Source: Anaeramoeba ignava BMAN (Eukaryota; Protista; Anaeramoebae). Taken from it: a stretch of DNA of 64,000 nt. The notes under the pieces were generated by a model that saw only the letters and a list, made by a program, of their open reading frames with translations, was not told where the DNA came from and made no database searches. The position numbers and the translations under genes were made by a program. Of the stretch, positions 41,184-55,496 are shown piece by piece; the stretch's first letter is position 1; each line of letters starts with the position of its first letter. The DNA lies in contig JAPDFW010000061.1 of NCBI GenBank assembly GCA_028826165.1, positions 186,001 through 250,000 on the forward strand. Reading direction: 5' to 3'.

Positions 41184-44100
41184 ATGGATTATTGCACAAT
41201 TTGTCGCCAAAAAGTAAAAGTAGTTCATAAATGCACGACATCTGGTTATGTTTTTTGTGTTGACTGTTTTTCGAATATATCTCCAAATTTAAAATGTCCG
41301 TATTGCTTTCAAAAAGTGCAAATTCCTCTAACAAAAGTAAATAACAAAAAAACAAAACAATTTCATTTTATTTTTATATTTTTTCTTCAATTCTCATTTA
41401 AAATCAAAAACAAACAAACAAACAAACAAAAGCAACAACAAGAAGAACAAAATAAACTCAAAAAACAAAAACAAGAAGAAGAACAAAAGAAACAAAAAAA
41501 GCAACAAGAACAAGAACAAAAAAAACAAAATAAACTCAAACAAAAACAAGAAGAAGAACAAAAGAAACTAAAAAAACAACAAGAACAAGAGGAAAAGAAA
41601 CTAAAAAATAATCAAAATCCAAATTCAAATCAAAATCAAAATCAAAATCAAATTCAAAATCAAAATCAAATTCAAATTCAAAATCAAGACTTAACTGATG
41701 ATGCAAATACAAATCAAAATCAAAATCAAAATCAAAATCAAAATCAAAATCAAAATCAAAAGTCAAAATCAAAATCAAAATCAAAATCAAAATCAAAATT
41801 AAAATCCACAAATCAAAATCAAAATCAAAATCAAAATCAAAATCAAATTCAAATTCAAAATCAAAATCAAGATCCAAATCAAAATCAAAACCAAAATCAA
41901 AATCAAGATCAAGATCAAGATCCAAATTTAAATCCAGATCAAAATGAAAATGAAAATGAAAATGAAAATGATGAAGAAAAGAAACTCAAAAAACAACAAG
42001 AAAAACAAGAAAAGGAACAAAATAAACTCAAAAAACAACAAGAAAAACAAGAAAAGGAACAAAAGAAACTCAAAGAAAAACAAGAAAAGGAACAAAAGAA
42101 ACTCAAAGAAAAACAAGAAAAGGAACAAAAGAAACTCAAAGAAAAACAAGAAAAGGAACAAAAAAAGAAACAAAAAAAAAATCCAAATCCAAATTCAAAT
42201 CCAAATTCAAATACAAATACAAATTCAAATACAAATAAAAACTCAAATCAAGACTTAACTGATGATGCAATTAACCAAAATCTAAATCAAAATCTAAATC
42301 AAAATCTAAATCTAAATCAAATTGAAGATCAAAATCAAAATCAAAATCAAATTGAAGATCAAAACGAAAATCAAAATCAAAAATCAAAACGAAAATCAAA
42401 ATCAAAATCGAAATCAAAATCAAAATCTAAATCAAAATCAAAATCAAAACGAAAATCAAAATCAAAATCAAAACGAAAATCAAAATCAAAATCAAAATCA
42501 AAATCAAAATCAAAATCAAAATCAAAATCAAAATCAAAATCAAAATCAAAATCAAAATCAAAATCAAATTCAAAATCAAAATCAAAATCAAAATCAAAAT
42601 TCAAAATCAAATTCAGATCAAAATAATCAAATAAATAATGATGATTCCAAAATATGTTCTTTGTTAAAAAAAGGATGGTGTAATTCTTTTGAGCATTATA
42701 TGTCAAATGATAAAACAGAACATCCACCAAGTCGGATAGTATGCCCTAAATTTTATAAAGGAGAATCATGTAATTCATCTAATTGTCCATATGTTCATCC
42801 AAGAGCTGAAGATTTTTTGGAATGGAGAAATAAAATTTTAAGTCAAAATCCAAATGTTGAAGATATTAAAAAAACTAATTGTTTTTTCCTTGATCAAAGA
42901 ACAGAAACTTATAAAAAAAGTAAGAAAAATCAAATTAAATTTTTCCTTCAATTTTATTTTAAAAATTCAAAATTGGAAAAAAACAATTTTAATAATTTTT
43001 TTATTTTAAATAGAATGTCGAAATCACAAATCGGGTTTTCTTAAAAGTTCCAGTAAAATTTGTGAAAATAAAATGTGCGCATTTGAACATAAAAAATTTC
43101 CATCTAAATTAAAATCAAAAATGAATGATTATCTTAAAAAAGATTCCAATAAAATTGATTTTGATCAAAATTCAAATCAAGAATTAACTGATGATGCAAT
43201 TAACCAAAGTCAAAATCAAAATCTAAATCAAAATCAAAATCAAAATCTAGATCTAGATCAAAATCGAAATAAAAATGAAACTAAAAATAAGAAACAAAAA
43301 AAACGAAATCAAAATCAACTAAAAAATTCAAAATCAAAAATCAAAACGAAAATCAAAATCAAAATCGAAATCAAAATCAAAATCAAAATCAAAATCAAAA
43401 TCAAAACGAAAATCAAAATCAAAACCAAAATCAAAATCCAAGACTCAAAATCAAAATCAAAATCAAAATAAGAAACAAAATCAAAATCAAAATCAAAATC
43501 AAAATCAAAATCAAAATCAAAATCAAGATCAAGATTCAAAATCAAAATCAAATTCAAATTCAAAATCAAATTCAAAATCAAATTCAAAATAATCAAATAA
43601 ATAGTGATGATTCCAAAATATGTTCTTTGTTAGAAAAAGGATGGTGTAATTCTTTTGAGCATTATAAAGAAAATGATAAAACAAAACATCCACCAAGTCG
43701 GATAGTATGCCCTAAATTTTATAAAGGAGAATCATGTAATTCATCTAATTGTCCATATGTTCATCCAAGAGCTGAAGATTTTTTGGAATGGAGAAATAAA
43801 ATTTTAAGTCAAGATCCAAATGTTCAAGATATTAAAAAAACTAATTGTTTTTTCCTTGATCAAAGAACAGAAACTTATAAAAAAAGTAAGAAAAATCAAA
43901 TTAAATTTTTCCTTCAATTTTATTTTAAAAATTCAAAATTGGAAAAAAACAATTTTAATAATTTTTTTATTTTGAATAGAATGTCGAAATCACAAATCGG
44001 GTTTTCTTAAAGGTTTGAGAATTTGTGAAAATAAAATGTGTGCATTTGAACATAAAAAATTTCCACCTAAATTAAAATCAAAAATGAATGATTATCTTAA

Positions 44101-47100
44101 AAAAGATTCCAATAAAACTGATTTTGATCAAAATTCAAATCCAAATTCAGATTCAGATTTAGATCAAGATCAAAATATTCCTCGGAATGAATATCAATAT
44201 AAATTCCAAGATCCGAAAATTCAATTTCCAAAATCCTAATCAGAATCCAAATCAAAATCCTAATCAGAATCCAAAATTTTCAATTTCCAAAATCAAAATC
44301 AGAATCCAAATCCAAATTTAATTCAAAATCAAAATCAAAATCAAAATCAAAATCAAATTCAAAATCAAAATCAAATTCAAAATACAATTCAAAATCAAAA
44401 TACAAATTCAGATTCAGATTCAGATTCAGATTCAGATTCAGATTCAGATTCAGATTCAGATTCAGATTCAGATTCAGATTCAGATTCAAATTCAGATTCA
44501 GATTCAGATTCAAATCAAGATCAAAATATTCCTCAGAATGAACATCAATATAAATTTCAACATTCAGAATTCAATTTCAATATTACTAATCCAAATCCAA
44601 ATCCAAATCAAATTCACAATCAAATTCAAAATTTAATGAAAAATCAATATAATTATGAATATTCAAATCCAAATGAAAATTCAATTTCAATTCTAAATTC
44701 AAATTCAAATTCAAATTCAGATTCAGATTCAGATTCAGATTCAGATTCAGATTCAAGTGATTCTGGAAAGGATTCACAAAATCAACTTCGAAATAATCTA
44801 AATTCAAAACCAAAAGGAAAATCAAAATCAAAAGGAAAAAAACATCAAAATAAAAATAAACATCAAAATAAAAATAAAATGCAAAACAACCATTTAAATA
44901 AACAACAAAAGAAATCAACACAAAAAAATCAAAGAAGAAGACATCATTCAAAAAAGGGAATTGAAAAAGCACAAATATCTCAAATATCATCTAATCAAAC
45001 TGATGAAGGAAATATAAAAAGTCTAAATCAAATTCAAAATGATCAAAATCTAATTCAAAATACAATTCAAAATCAAAATTCAAAATCAAAATCAAAATCA
45101 AAATCAAAATTAAAATCAAAATCAAAATTAAATTCGAAATCAAATCAAAGCCATAATCAAAATCAAATTCCTAAATCAAAATCAAAAATCAAAATCAAAA
45201 TCAAAATCAAAATCAAAAGGATATCAAAACCAAAATAAAAATGAAATCACAAAACCAATAAAAAATATAAATTCAAATTCAAATTCAACTTCAACTTCAA
45301 CTTCAAATTCAAATTCAGATTCAAGTGATTCTGAACCCAATTTAACCAATAGCAATCAAAATCAAAATCAAAATCGCAATCAAAATCAAAATCAAAATCA
45401 AAATCAAAATAATCAAAATCAAAATAATCAAAATCAAAAAAGGAAATCAACACAAAATCGAAATCAAAGAAGAAAACATTCAAAAAATAAAAAAGAATCA
45501 AAACAAATACCTCCAATAACACCTAAAAAAAATAATGAAAGAATTATGCGAAATCCAAACAAAATAAAATTAACTTCAACTTCAACTTCAAATTCAAATT
45601 CAAATTCAGATTCAGATTCAACTTCATATTCAAATTCAAATTCAAATTCAGATTCAGATTCAAATTCAGATTCAAATTCAGATTCAGATTCAAATCCAAA
45701 TGATACTCAACGCAATTTAAAACATCAAAATAACAATAAAAACCAAAACCAGAACCAGAACAAAAACCAAAACCGAAACTCAAACCAAAATCAAAATCAA
45801 AATCAAAAAATGAAATCAAGACAACAAAATCAAAATCTAAATCAAAATCTAAATCAAAATCAAAATCAAAATCAAAATCTAAATCAAAATCAAAATCAAA
45901 ATAAAAATCAAAATCAAAATCAATCAAAAACAACAAAACATCAACACAAACACAAAAGAAAACCTAAACAAGAAAATTATAATCATAATCAAAATCAAAT
46001 TCAAAATCAAAATCAAAATCAAAATCAAAATAAAAATCAAAATCTAAATCAAAATCAAAATCAAAATCAAATTCAAATTCAAAACCAAATTCAATCAAAA
46101 ACAACAAAACATCAACACAAACACAAAAGAAAACCTAAACAAGAAAATTATAATCATAATCAAAATCAAAATCAAAATCAAAATCAAAATCAAAATCAAA
46201 ATCAAAATCAAAATCAAAATCAAAATCAAAATAAAAATCAAAATCAAATTCAAATTCAAAACCAAATTCAATCAAAAACAACAAAACATCAACACAAACA
46301 CAAAAGAAAACCTAAACAAGAAAATTATAATCATAATCAAAATCAAATTCAAAATCAAAATCAAAATCAAAATAAAAATCAAAATTCAAAATCAAAATCA
46401 AAATCAAAATCAAAAGGATATCAAAACCAAAATAAAAATGAAATCACAAAACCAATAAAAAATATAAATTCAAATTCAAATTCAAATTCAGATTCAAATT
46501 CAACTTCATATTCAGATTCAAATTCAGATTCAGATTCAGATTCAGATTCAAATCCAGATTCAAATTCAGATCCAAATTCAGATTCAGATTCAGATTCAGA
46601 TTCAAGTGATTCTGAACCCAATTTAACCAATAACAATCAAAATCAAAATCAAAATCAAAATCAAAATCAAAATCAAAATCAAAATCAAAATCAAATTCAA
46701 ATTCAAAATAATCAAAATCAAAAAAGGAAATCAACACAAAATCGAAATCAAAGAAGAAAACATTCAAAAAATAAAAAAGAATCAAAACAAATACCTCCAA
46801 TAACACCTAAAAAAAATAATGAAAGAATTATGCGAAATCCAAACAAAATAAAATTAACTTCAACTTCAACTTCAAATTCAAATTCAAATTCAGATTCAGA
46901 TTCAACTTCATATTCAAATTCAAATTCAAATTCAGATTCAAATTCAGATTCAAATTCAGATTCAGATTCAAATCCAAATGATACTCAACGCAATTTAAAA
47001 CATCAAAATAACAATAAAAACCAAAACCAGAACCAGAACAAAAACCAAAAACGAAACTCAAACCAAAATCAAAATCAAAATCAAAAAACGAAATCAAGAC

Positions 47101-47342
47101 AACAAAATCAAAATCTAAATCAAAATCTAAATCAAAATCAAAATCAAAATCAAAATCTAAATCAAAATCAAAATCAAAATCAAAATCAAAATAAAAATCA
47201 AAATCAATCAAAAACAACAAAACATCAACACAAACACAAAAGAAAACCTAAAAAAGAAAATTATAATCAAAATCAAAATCAAAATAAAAATCAAATTCAA
47301 TCAAAAACAACAAAACATCACAAACACAAAGAAAAAAATTAA
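41184..47342 (+). CDS. ZF-array gene 8: RING-like + K/Q/E coiled-coil-like region + two CCCH blocks + long tail
   Basis: Exon 1 41184-41336, intron 41337-41432. CCCH block A ~42655-42919 / 43014-; block B ~43621-43885 / 43980-. Several frame changes within hexamer repeats. Confidence 0.7.
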
Positions 47343-47764
47343 AATCAAAATCAAAATCAAAATCAAAAAAAAAAACATCAAAAGAAAATCAAAAAACATA
47401 ATTAAATTCCCTTTTCCAATTTAATTTCCAATTTAAAAAAGAAAAGAAAATTTTTAATCGACTTGTTTTAATTAAGAATCAATTTATCTTTTTCTTTTCA
47501 ATTTCTAAAAAAGGAAAAAAGAAATAATTTTAATTTTAATTTTAATTTTAATTTTAATTTTAATTTTAATTTTAATTTTAATTTCTTTTCCAAAATTTAA
47601 TTTAAAAAAAATAAAAAAACAAAAGAAAAATAAAAGAGAAAGTGGAATTTTTATTTTAAACAAAAAAAGAGAAAGAGGAAGATTTTGTTTTAATTATTTT
47701 TTTTTCTTATTTTTCCTTTTTTTTATTTTTCCTTTTTTTCATTTTTTTTTTCTTTTTTAATAAA

Positions 47765-50700
47765 ATGAATTATTGCACTGTTTGCAATAAACACAAACCA
47801 AAAGGACACCATTGCAAAATCACTGGAAAATTTGTTTGTTTTCAATGTATTATTACCGTAAGTACAAACAAACCCGGATTTAATTGTCCATCTTGTGGCG
47901 GAGAGATAAATTTAATTCCAGAAATTGATCCAGTAAATAAAAAAACTAAAACACAAAAAACAACAACTTTTTTTCAATTATTTTGCTTTTTTTATTCCAT
48001 TTCCTTCCATTCAAAATTAAAATTCAATATCAAAAAATAATTTAAATTCAAAATAAAATCAATATCAAAATCAAAATCAAAATTAAAATTAAAATTAAAA
48101 TTAAAATCAAAATCAAAATTAAAATTCAATATCAAAATCAAAATCAAAATCAATATCAATCAAAATCAAAATCAAAATCAAAATCAAAATCAATCAAAAT
48201 CAAAATCAAAATCAAAATCAAAAAATAAAATCAATATCAAAATCAATCAAAATCAAAATCAAATTTAAATTTAAATGAAAATCCAAATTCAAAATCAAAA
48301 TCAAAATCGATATCAATATCAAAATCAAAATCAAATTCAAATTCAAATTCAAATTAAAATCAAAATTAAAATCAAAATTCAAATTCAAATTAAAATCAAA
48401 ATTAAAATTAAAATTAAAATCAAAATTAAAATAAAATTCAAAATCAAAATCAAAATCAAAATCAAATTCAAAATCAAAATCAAAATACAAAATCAAAATC
48501 AAAATTAAAATCAAAATCAAAATCAAAATCAAAATCAAAATCAAAATCAAAATCAAATTCAAAATCAAATTCAGAATCAAAAGATAAAAAGTCAAATGTG
48601 CGATTTTTTAAAAAAAGGATGGTGTCATTCTTATCAACATGTTTTAGCAAATGATCCAGAAGAACATCCACCAAATCGGATAGTATGTCCTAACTTTTAT
48701 AAAGGAGAATCATGTCATAATCCTAATTGTCCATATACTCATCCAAGAGCTGAAGATTTTTTGGAATGGAGAAACAAAATTTTAAAACAAAAATCCAAAT
48801 GTTGAAGATATTAAAAAAACTAATTGTTATTTTTCCTTGATCAAAGAAAAAAGAGTGATAAAAAAGGTAAGAAAACCAAAATCAATTTCAATTTCAATTC
48901 TATTTTCAAAACAAAATTAAAATTTAAATCAAAAATTAAAATTAAATTCAATTTTAAATAAAGACTCAAATCTAAGATCAATTTCATTTCAAAACAAATT
49001 TAAATCAATTTAATTAAAATATAAATTAAAATTTAAATCAAAAATCAAAATCAAAATCAAAATCAAAAATCAAAATTAACCAAAAATATTTATATCATTT
49101 TCATTTATATTTACACTTAAAATAGATTGTCAAAATGAAATTGATGTTTATAGTACTGGAGACTGGGATTATATAAGTGCTCATCCTAACCCTAATGATA
49201 ATTCTGGATATTATGATAATTTGGGAAAATTTTATCCATACCCAGATCATTCAAGTCATTCAAAACGTTGTCAATATAAAATGTGCAAATATGAACATAA
49301 AAAATTTCCATCTGAATTAAAAACAGAATTGAACGATTTATTTCCTCAACAAAATCAAGATAATCGTTCAGGTTATAATGATGATTTCATACCAATTAAT
49401 TCTTTGAATTTTAAACATTATTATGCAATTGATGATTCATATAAATCCGAAAAACAACCCAAAGCAAAAGAAAAAAAAAACATGGAAAGAAGAAAAGAAA
49501 AAAGAAATCCAAAAAGCAAAAGAAAAAAAAAACATGACTGGCAACACAATCAGCGGAAATTGACTGACAACACCAAAACTCACCAAATTGAACTAGACAA
49601 ACATAAAATTAGCAAAAATCAAAATCAAAAATCAAAATCAACCGGTCGTTCAGGGAAATCCACAAATTAAAATCAAAATCAAAATAAAAATAAAAATAAA
49701 AATAAAAATCAAAATCAAAATCAAAATCAAAATCAAAATCAAAATCAAAATCAAAATCAAAATCAAAATCAAAATCAAAATCAAAATCAAAATAAAAATC
49801 AAAATCAAAATAAAAATAAAAAATCAAAATCAAAATCAAAATCAAAATCAAGATCAAGATCAAGATCAAAATCAAAATCAAAATCAAAATAAAAATAAAA
49901 ATAAAAATAAAAATAAAAATAAAAATAATTCAGAGTCAGAATCAAGTGATTCTGACAGCACAAAATCCTCAACATCAGATTCAGATTCAGATTCAGATTC
50001 AGATTCAGATTCAGATTCAGATTCAGATTCAGATTCAAACTCAGAGAAACAAAATCAAGATGAAAATTTGCAAAATAATCAAAATGGAAAAAAGAAAGAT
50101 TCAATTTTAGATCAAACAGCACAACAAAATCAAAAGGAAAACAAGAATACAAATCAGAAAACAAAAAAACAACAATCAAAATCAGATTCAAATCCAAATT
50201 CAAAATCAAATACAAATACAAATTCAAATTTAGATCAAACAAACGATCAAAATCAAAACAAAGGAAACCAAAAATCACAACAAAAACTAAAACCAATATC
50301 AAATTCAAATCCAAATCCAAAATCAAAATCAAATCCAAAACCAAATTCAAATTTAAATTCAAAATCAAAATTAAAATCAGAAATCAGAATTAAACCAAAT
50401 TCAAATTCAAATCCAAATCAGAAAACAAAAAAACAACAATCAAATTCAAAATCAAATTCAAATCCAAATCCAAAATCAAATTCAAATACAAATCCAAAAA
50501 TTAGATCAAACAAACGATCAAACAAACGATCAAAATCAAAACAAAATAAAAGAAAAGAAAATGAAACAAGAAGAAAAACAAAATAAAAAAGAAAAAAAAA
50601 GTAAATTTAAATTAATTCCTAAATCAAATTCCAAAAAATCTACAGATTCAGACAACGATTCAGATGAAGATGAATCTTCTCAAGAAGAGCCAAACTCATC

Positions 50701-53700
50701 AACACAATCTGAACAAGAAAATGAAAATAAAAATCGAAAAGAAAAATGAAAATAATAAAATTAAATCAGAATCAATTCCAAACCCAAAATCAAAACCAAA
50801 ATCAAAATCAAATTCAAAAAAAGATGAAAATGAAAATAAAAATCAAAAAAAGAAGAACGATAAAGAAAATGATCAAAATGCAAACCCAAATCCCAAAAAC
50901 AATCAAAAAGATAAAAAGAGAAAAGATAAAAATCAAAAAGATAATCAAAAAGATAAAAATCAAAAAGATGAAAATAAAGGAATTGAACAGAAATCAAACG
51001 AAGATAAAGATAATGAAAAAAACTCAAATCCAACAAATTCAAAATCAAAATCAAAATCAAAATCAAAACAATCAAAATCAAAAAAAGAGAAAGAAAATGA
51101 AAAGAAGAAAGAAAATAAAGAAATTGAATCAAAACAAAATCAAAAATCAAAAGAAAAGAAGGAAGATGAACAAAATGGAAATCTAAATAACGAATCAAAT
51201 TCAAAATCAAAATCAAATTCAAAATCAAATTCAAATTCAAAATCAAATTCAAATTCAAAAAAAGAGAAAGAAATTGAAGAAATTGAAGTTGAGAAGAAGG
51301 GAAATGAATCAAATAATAGTGATTCAAAATCAAAACAAAATTCAAATTTAAAAAAAGAGAAAAAAAGCAAAAAGAAGAAAGAAAATGAAAAGAAAAATGA
51401 AAAGAAAAATGAAAAGAATAAAATTAAATCAGAATCAATTCCAAACTCAAAACCAAAACCAAATTCAAAATCAAATTCAAAATCAAATTCAAAAAAAGAT
51501 GAAAATGAAAATAAAAATCAAAAAAAGAAGAACGATAAAGAAAATGATCAAAATGCAAACCCAAATACCAAAAACAATCAAAATGATGAAAATAAAAAAG
51601 ATAAAAAGAAAAAAGATGAAAATAAAAATGATGAAAATAAAAAAGATAAAAATAAAAAAATTGAACAGAAATCAAAAGAAAATCAAGATGATGAAAAATA
51701 CTCAAATTCACAAATTGTTTCAAAACCAGAATCAAAATCAAAATCAAAATCAAAATCAAAATCAAAATCAAAATCAAAATCAAAATCAAAATCAAATCAA
51801 TAGAATCAGAATCAGAATCAAAATCAAAATCAAAATCAAATTCAAAATCAAAATCAAAATCAAAATCAAAATCAAAATCAAAATCAAAATCAAAATCAAA
51901 TTCAAATTCAAAATCAAAATCAAAATCAAAATCAAATCACAATCAAAATCACAATCAAATTCAAAATCACAATCAAAATCACAATCACAATCAAAATCAC
52001 AATCAAAATCAAAATCAAAATCAAAATCAAAATCAAAATCAAAATCAAAATCAAAATCAAAATCAAAATCAAAATCAAAATCAAAATCAAAATCAAAATC
52101 AAAATCAAAATCAAAATCAAAATCAAAATCAAAAAAAAAGAAAGAAAATGAAAAATCAAAATCAAAATCAAAATCAATTCAAAAAAATCAAAATCAAAAT
52201 CAGAATCAAAATCAGAATCAGAATCAGAATCAAAATCAAAATCAAAATCAAAATCAAATTCAAAATCAAATTCAAAATCAAATTCAAAATCAAATTCAAA
52301 AAAAGATGAAAATGAAAATAAAAATCAAAAAAAGAAGAACGATAAAGAAAATGATCAAAATGCAAACCCAAATACCAAAAACAATCAAAAAGATGAAAAT
52401 AAAAATGATGGAAATAAAAAAGATAAAAAGAAAAAATATGAAAATAAAGAAATTGAAAAGAAATCAAAAGAAAATCAAGATAATGAAAAAGACTCAAATT
52501 CACAAATTGTTTCAAAATCAAAATCAAAACCAAAATCAAAATCAAAATCAAAAAAGAAAAATGAAGATTCCAAATCAAAACAAGAAAACAAGCCAAATAA
52601 ACAACAAAATAAAAAAAATAGTAAAAAAAAGGGAAAGAATGAAAGTGAAACCAAACATGAAACAACTGAAAAAAAAGATCAAAATACAGAAATAGTTGAA
52701 GATCCAAAATCAAAATCAAAATCACAATCAAAAGAAGAGAAAGAAAATGAAGAAATTGAATCAAAACAAAAATCAAATTCAAATTCAATTTCAATTTCAA
52801 ATTCAAAATCAGAATCAGAATCAGAATCAAATTCACAATCACAATCACAATCACAATCACAATCACAATCACAATCAAATTCAAATTCAAAATCAAATTC
52901 AAAATCAATTTCAAAATCAAATTCAAAATCAAAATCAAAATCAAATTCAAATTCAAAATCAAAATCAAAATCAAAATCAAATTCAATTTCAAAATCAATT
53001 TCAAAATCAAATTCAAAATCTAAATCAAAATCAAAATCAAATTCAAATTCAAAATCAAAATCAAAATCAAAATCAAAACCAAATTCAAAATCTAAATCAA
53101 AATCAAAATCAAAATCAATTTCAAAATCAAATCCATTTGATGAATCAGATTCAGATTCAGATTCAAATCCATTTGAAGAATCAGTTGATGAAACAAAAAA
53201 AGAGAAAAGTCACAATAAAGAAGATAAAACAAATCAAGAAATAAAAGAATCAAAATCAAAATCAAAATCAAAGTCAAAATCAAAATCAAAATCAAAATCA
53301 AAATCAAAATCAAAATCAAAATCAAAATCAAAATCAAAATCAAAATCAAAATCAAAACCAAATTCAAAATCTAAATCAAAATCAAAATCAAAATCAATTT
53401 CAAAATCAAATCCATTTGATGAATCAGATTCAGATTCAGATTCAAATCCATTTGAAGAATCAGTTGATGAAACAAAAAAAGAGAAAAGTCGCAATAAAGA
53501 AGATAAAACAAATCAAGAAATAAAAGAATCAAAATCAAATTCAAAATCAAAATCAAAATCAAAATCAAAATCAAATTCAAATTCAAAATCAAAATTAAAA
53601 TCAAAATCAATTTCAAAATCAAAATCACATTCAAATTCAAAATCAAAATCAAAATCAAAATCAAAATCAAATTCAAAACAAAAATCAAAATCAAAATCAA

Positions 53701-53780
53701 AGTCAAAATCAAAATCAAAGTCAAAATCTAAATCTAAATCTAAATCCAATATAGATCCACAAAAAGATCAAAACAATTAA
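47765..53780 (+). CDS. ZF-array gene 9: RING-like + CCCH block with 46-aa loop + long K/E/N/S tail (multiple frame disruptions)
   Basis: Exons 47765-47932, 48575-48866 (two small indels), and 49126 onward. First stop at 49670, but coding-like low-complexity sequence runs to [10 protein letters not shown] at 53780. 3' structure uncertain. Confidence 0.6.
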
Positions 53781-53909
53781 AATTTAATCCAAAAAAAAAG
53801 GAATTTTCATTTAATTTTCATTTAATTTCCTTTTAATTTCCTTTTAATTTCCTTTTAATTTTCATTTTAATTTCCTTTTAATTTCCAAAAAAAAAAATGA
53901 GAAAAAAAT

Positions 53910-54585
53910 AAAGAAATAAAATTAATTAAAATATTTTATTTATTAATTTATTTAATTTTTAATAATAATTAATTTAATATTTTGCAATAAAATTAATCAA
54001 GAAAGGATTTAAAAAATAATTTATTATTAATATTAAATTAAAATTATTAAAAATAAAGAAATAAAATTAATTAAAATATTTTATTCATTATTTTACTTAA
54101 TTTTTAATTATAATTAATTTAATATTTTGCAATAAAATTAATCAAAAAAGGATTTAAAAAAGAATTTATTATTAATATTAAATTAAAATTATTAAAAATA
54201 AACAAAAATTAATTAAAATATTTTATTTATTATTTTATTTAATTTTTAATTATAATTAATTTATTATTTTGCAATAAAATTAATTAAAAATGATTTTAAA
54301 AAGAATTTATTATTAATATTAAATTAAAATTATTAAAAATAAAGCAAAATTAATTAAAATATTTTATTTATTATTTTGTTTAATTTTTAATTATAATTAA
54401 TTTATTATTTTGCAATAAAATTAATCAAAAATGATTTTAAAAAAATTTATTATTAATATTAAATTAAAATTATTAAAAATAAAGAAAAAATTAATTAAAA
54501 TATTTTATTTATTATTTTATTTAATTTTTAATTATAATTAATTTATTATTTTGCAATAAAATTAATCAAGAAAAGGATTTAAAAA
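53910..54585. repeat. ~143-bp AT-rich tandem repeat, 5 copies (same family as 29090-31200)
   Basis: Units at ~53918, 54063, 54205, 54346, 54488. Confidence 0.93.
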
Positions 54586-55496
54586 CTTTTTAATTTTTAT
54601 TTTTGTTTTTAAATTAAAAATAAGAAAGAAAAATTCAATAAAAATTTCAAAAACAAAAATATAAAAATAAAAAGAAAATGTTAATTAAAATGTAAAATAA
54701 TTTATTTAGATAATTTATAAAAAGATTTTATTATCTAAATTAATTCAAAATTGATTTAAAAATGAATATAAATTTAATTCCAAAAATAAAATTTAAATTA
54801 ATTTTATTTCCAAAAATTTAAATAATTTTAAATAATAATATTTAATTAAATTTAAATTAAAAATGATTTTGAAATAAATTAATAATATAAAATATAATTT
54901 TATTATTTATTTTCCTTATCAAATAATTTAATCAATTTTAATCTAAATTTAATCAAAAAATTAAATAATAAAAATTAAATTAAAATATAAAATAATTTAT
55001 TTAGATAATTTATAAAAAGATTTTATTATCTAAATTAATTCAAAATTGATTTAAAAATGAATATAAATTTAAATCCAAAAAAAATTCAAATTTAAATTTA
55101 ATTTTATAAAAAGAAAATTAAAGAATAAGAAAGATTTAAAGAATAAAAATCAATTTATTCCAAAATGAAAATAAAAATTTAAAAAGAATCTATAAATAAA
55201 AATTGATTAAAAAATAAACAAACAAAATCAATTTTTGATAAAGATTTAAATTTAAAATGAATTATTTCTAATTTATCAATTATTTTATAAAAATCAAAAA
55301 CAAAATCAATATAATATAAAATAATTTTTGATTTGGATTTAAATTTTCCTTTTTTGATTTTTAAAAAAAAAGAAAAAACGGAAAAATAAAAATAATTAAA
55401 AAATCAAATTTTCCATTTTTTTCTTTTTCCATTTTCCATTTATTTTTAAATTTATTTTTAATTTTTTTTCCTTTTTTGTTTAAAAATAAAAAAATA

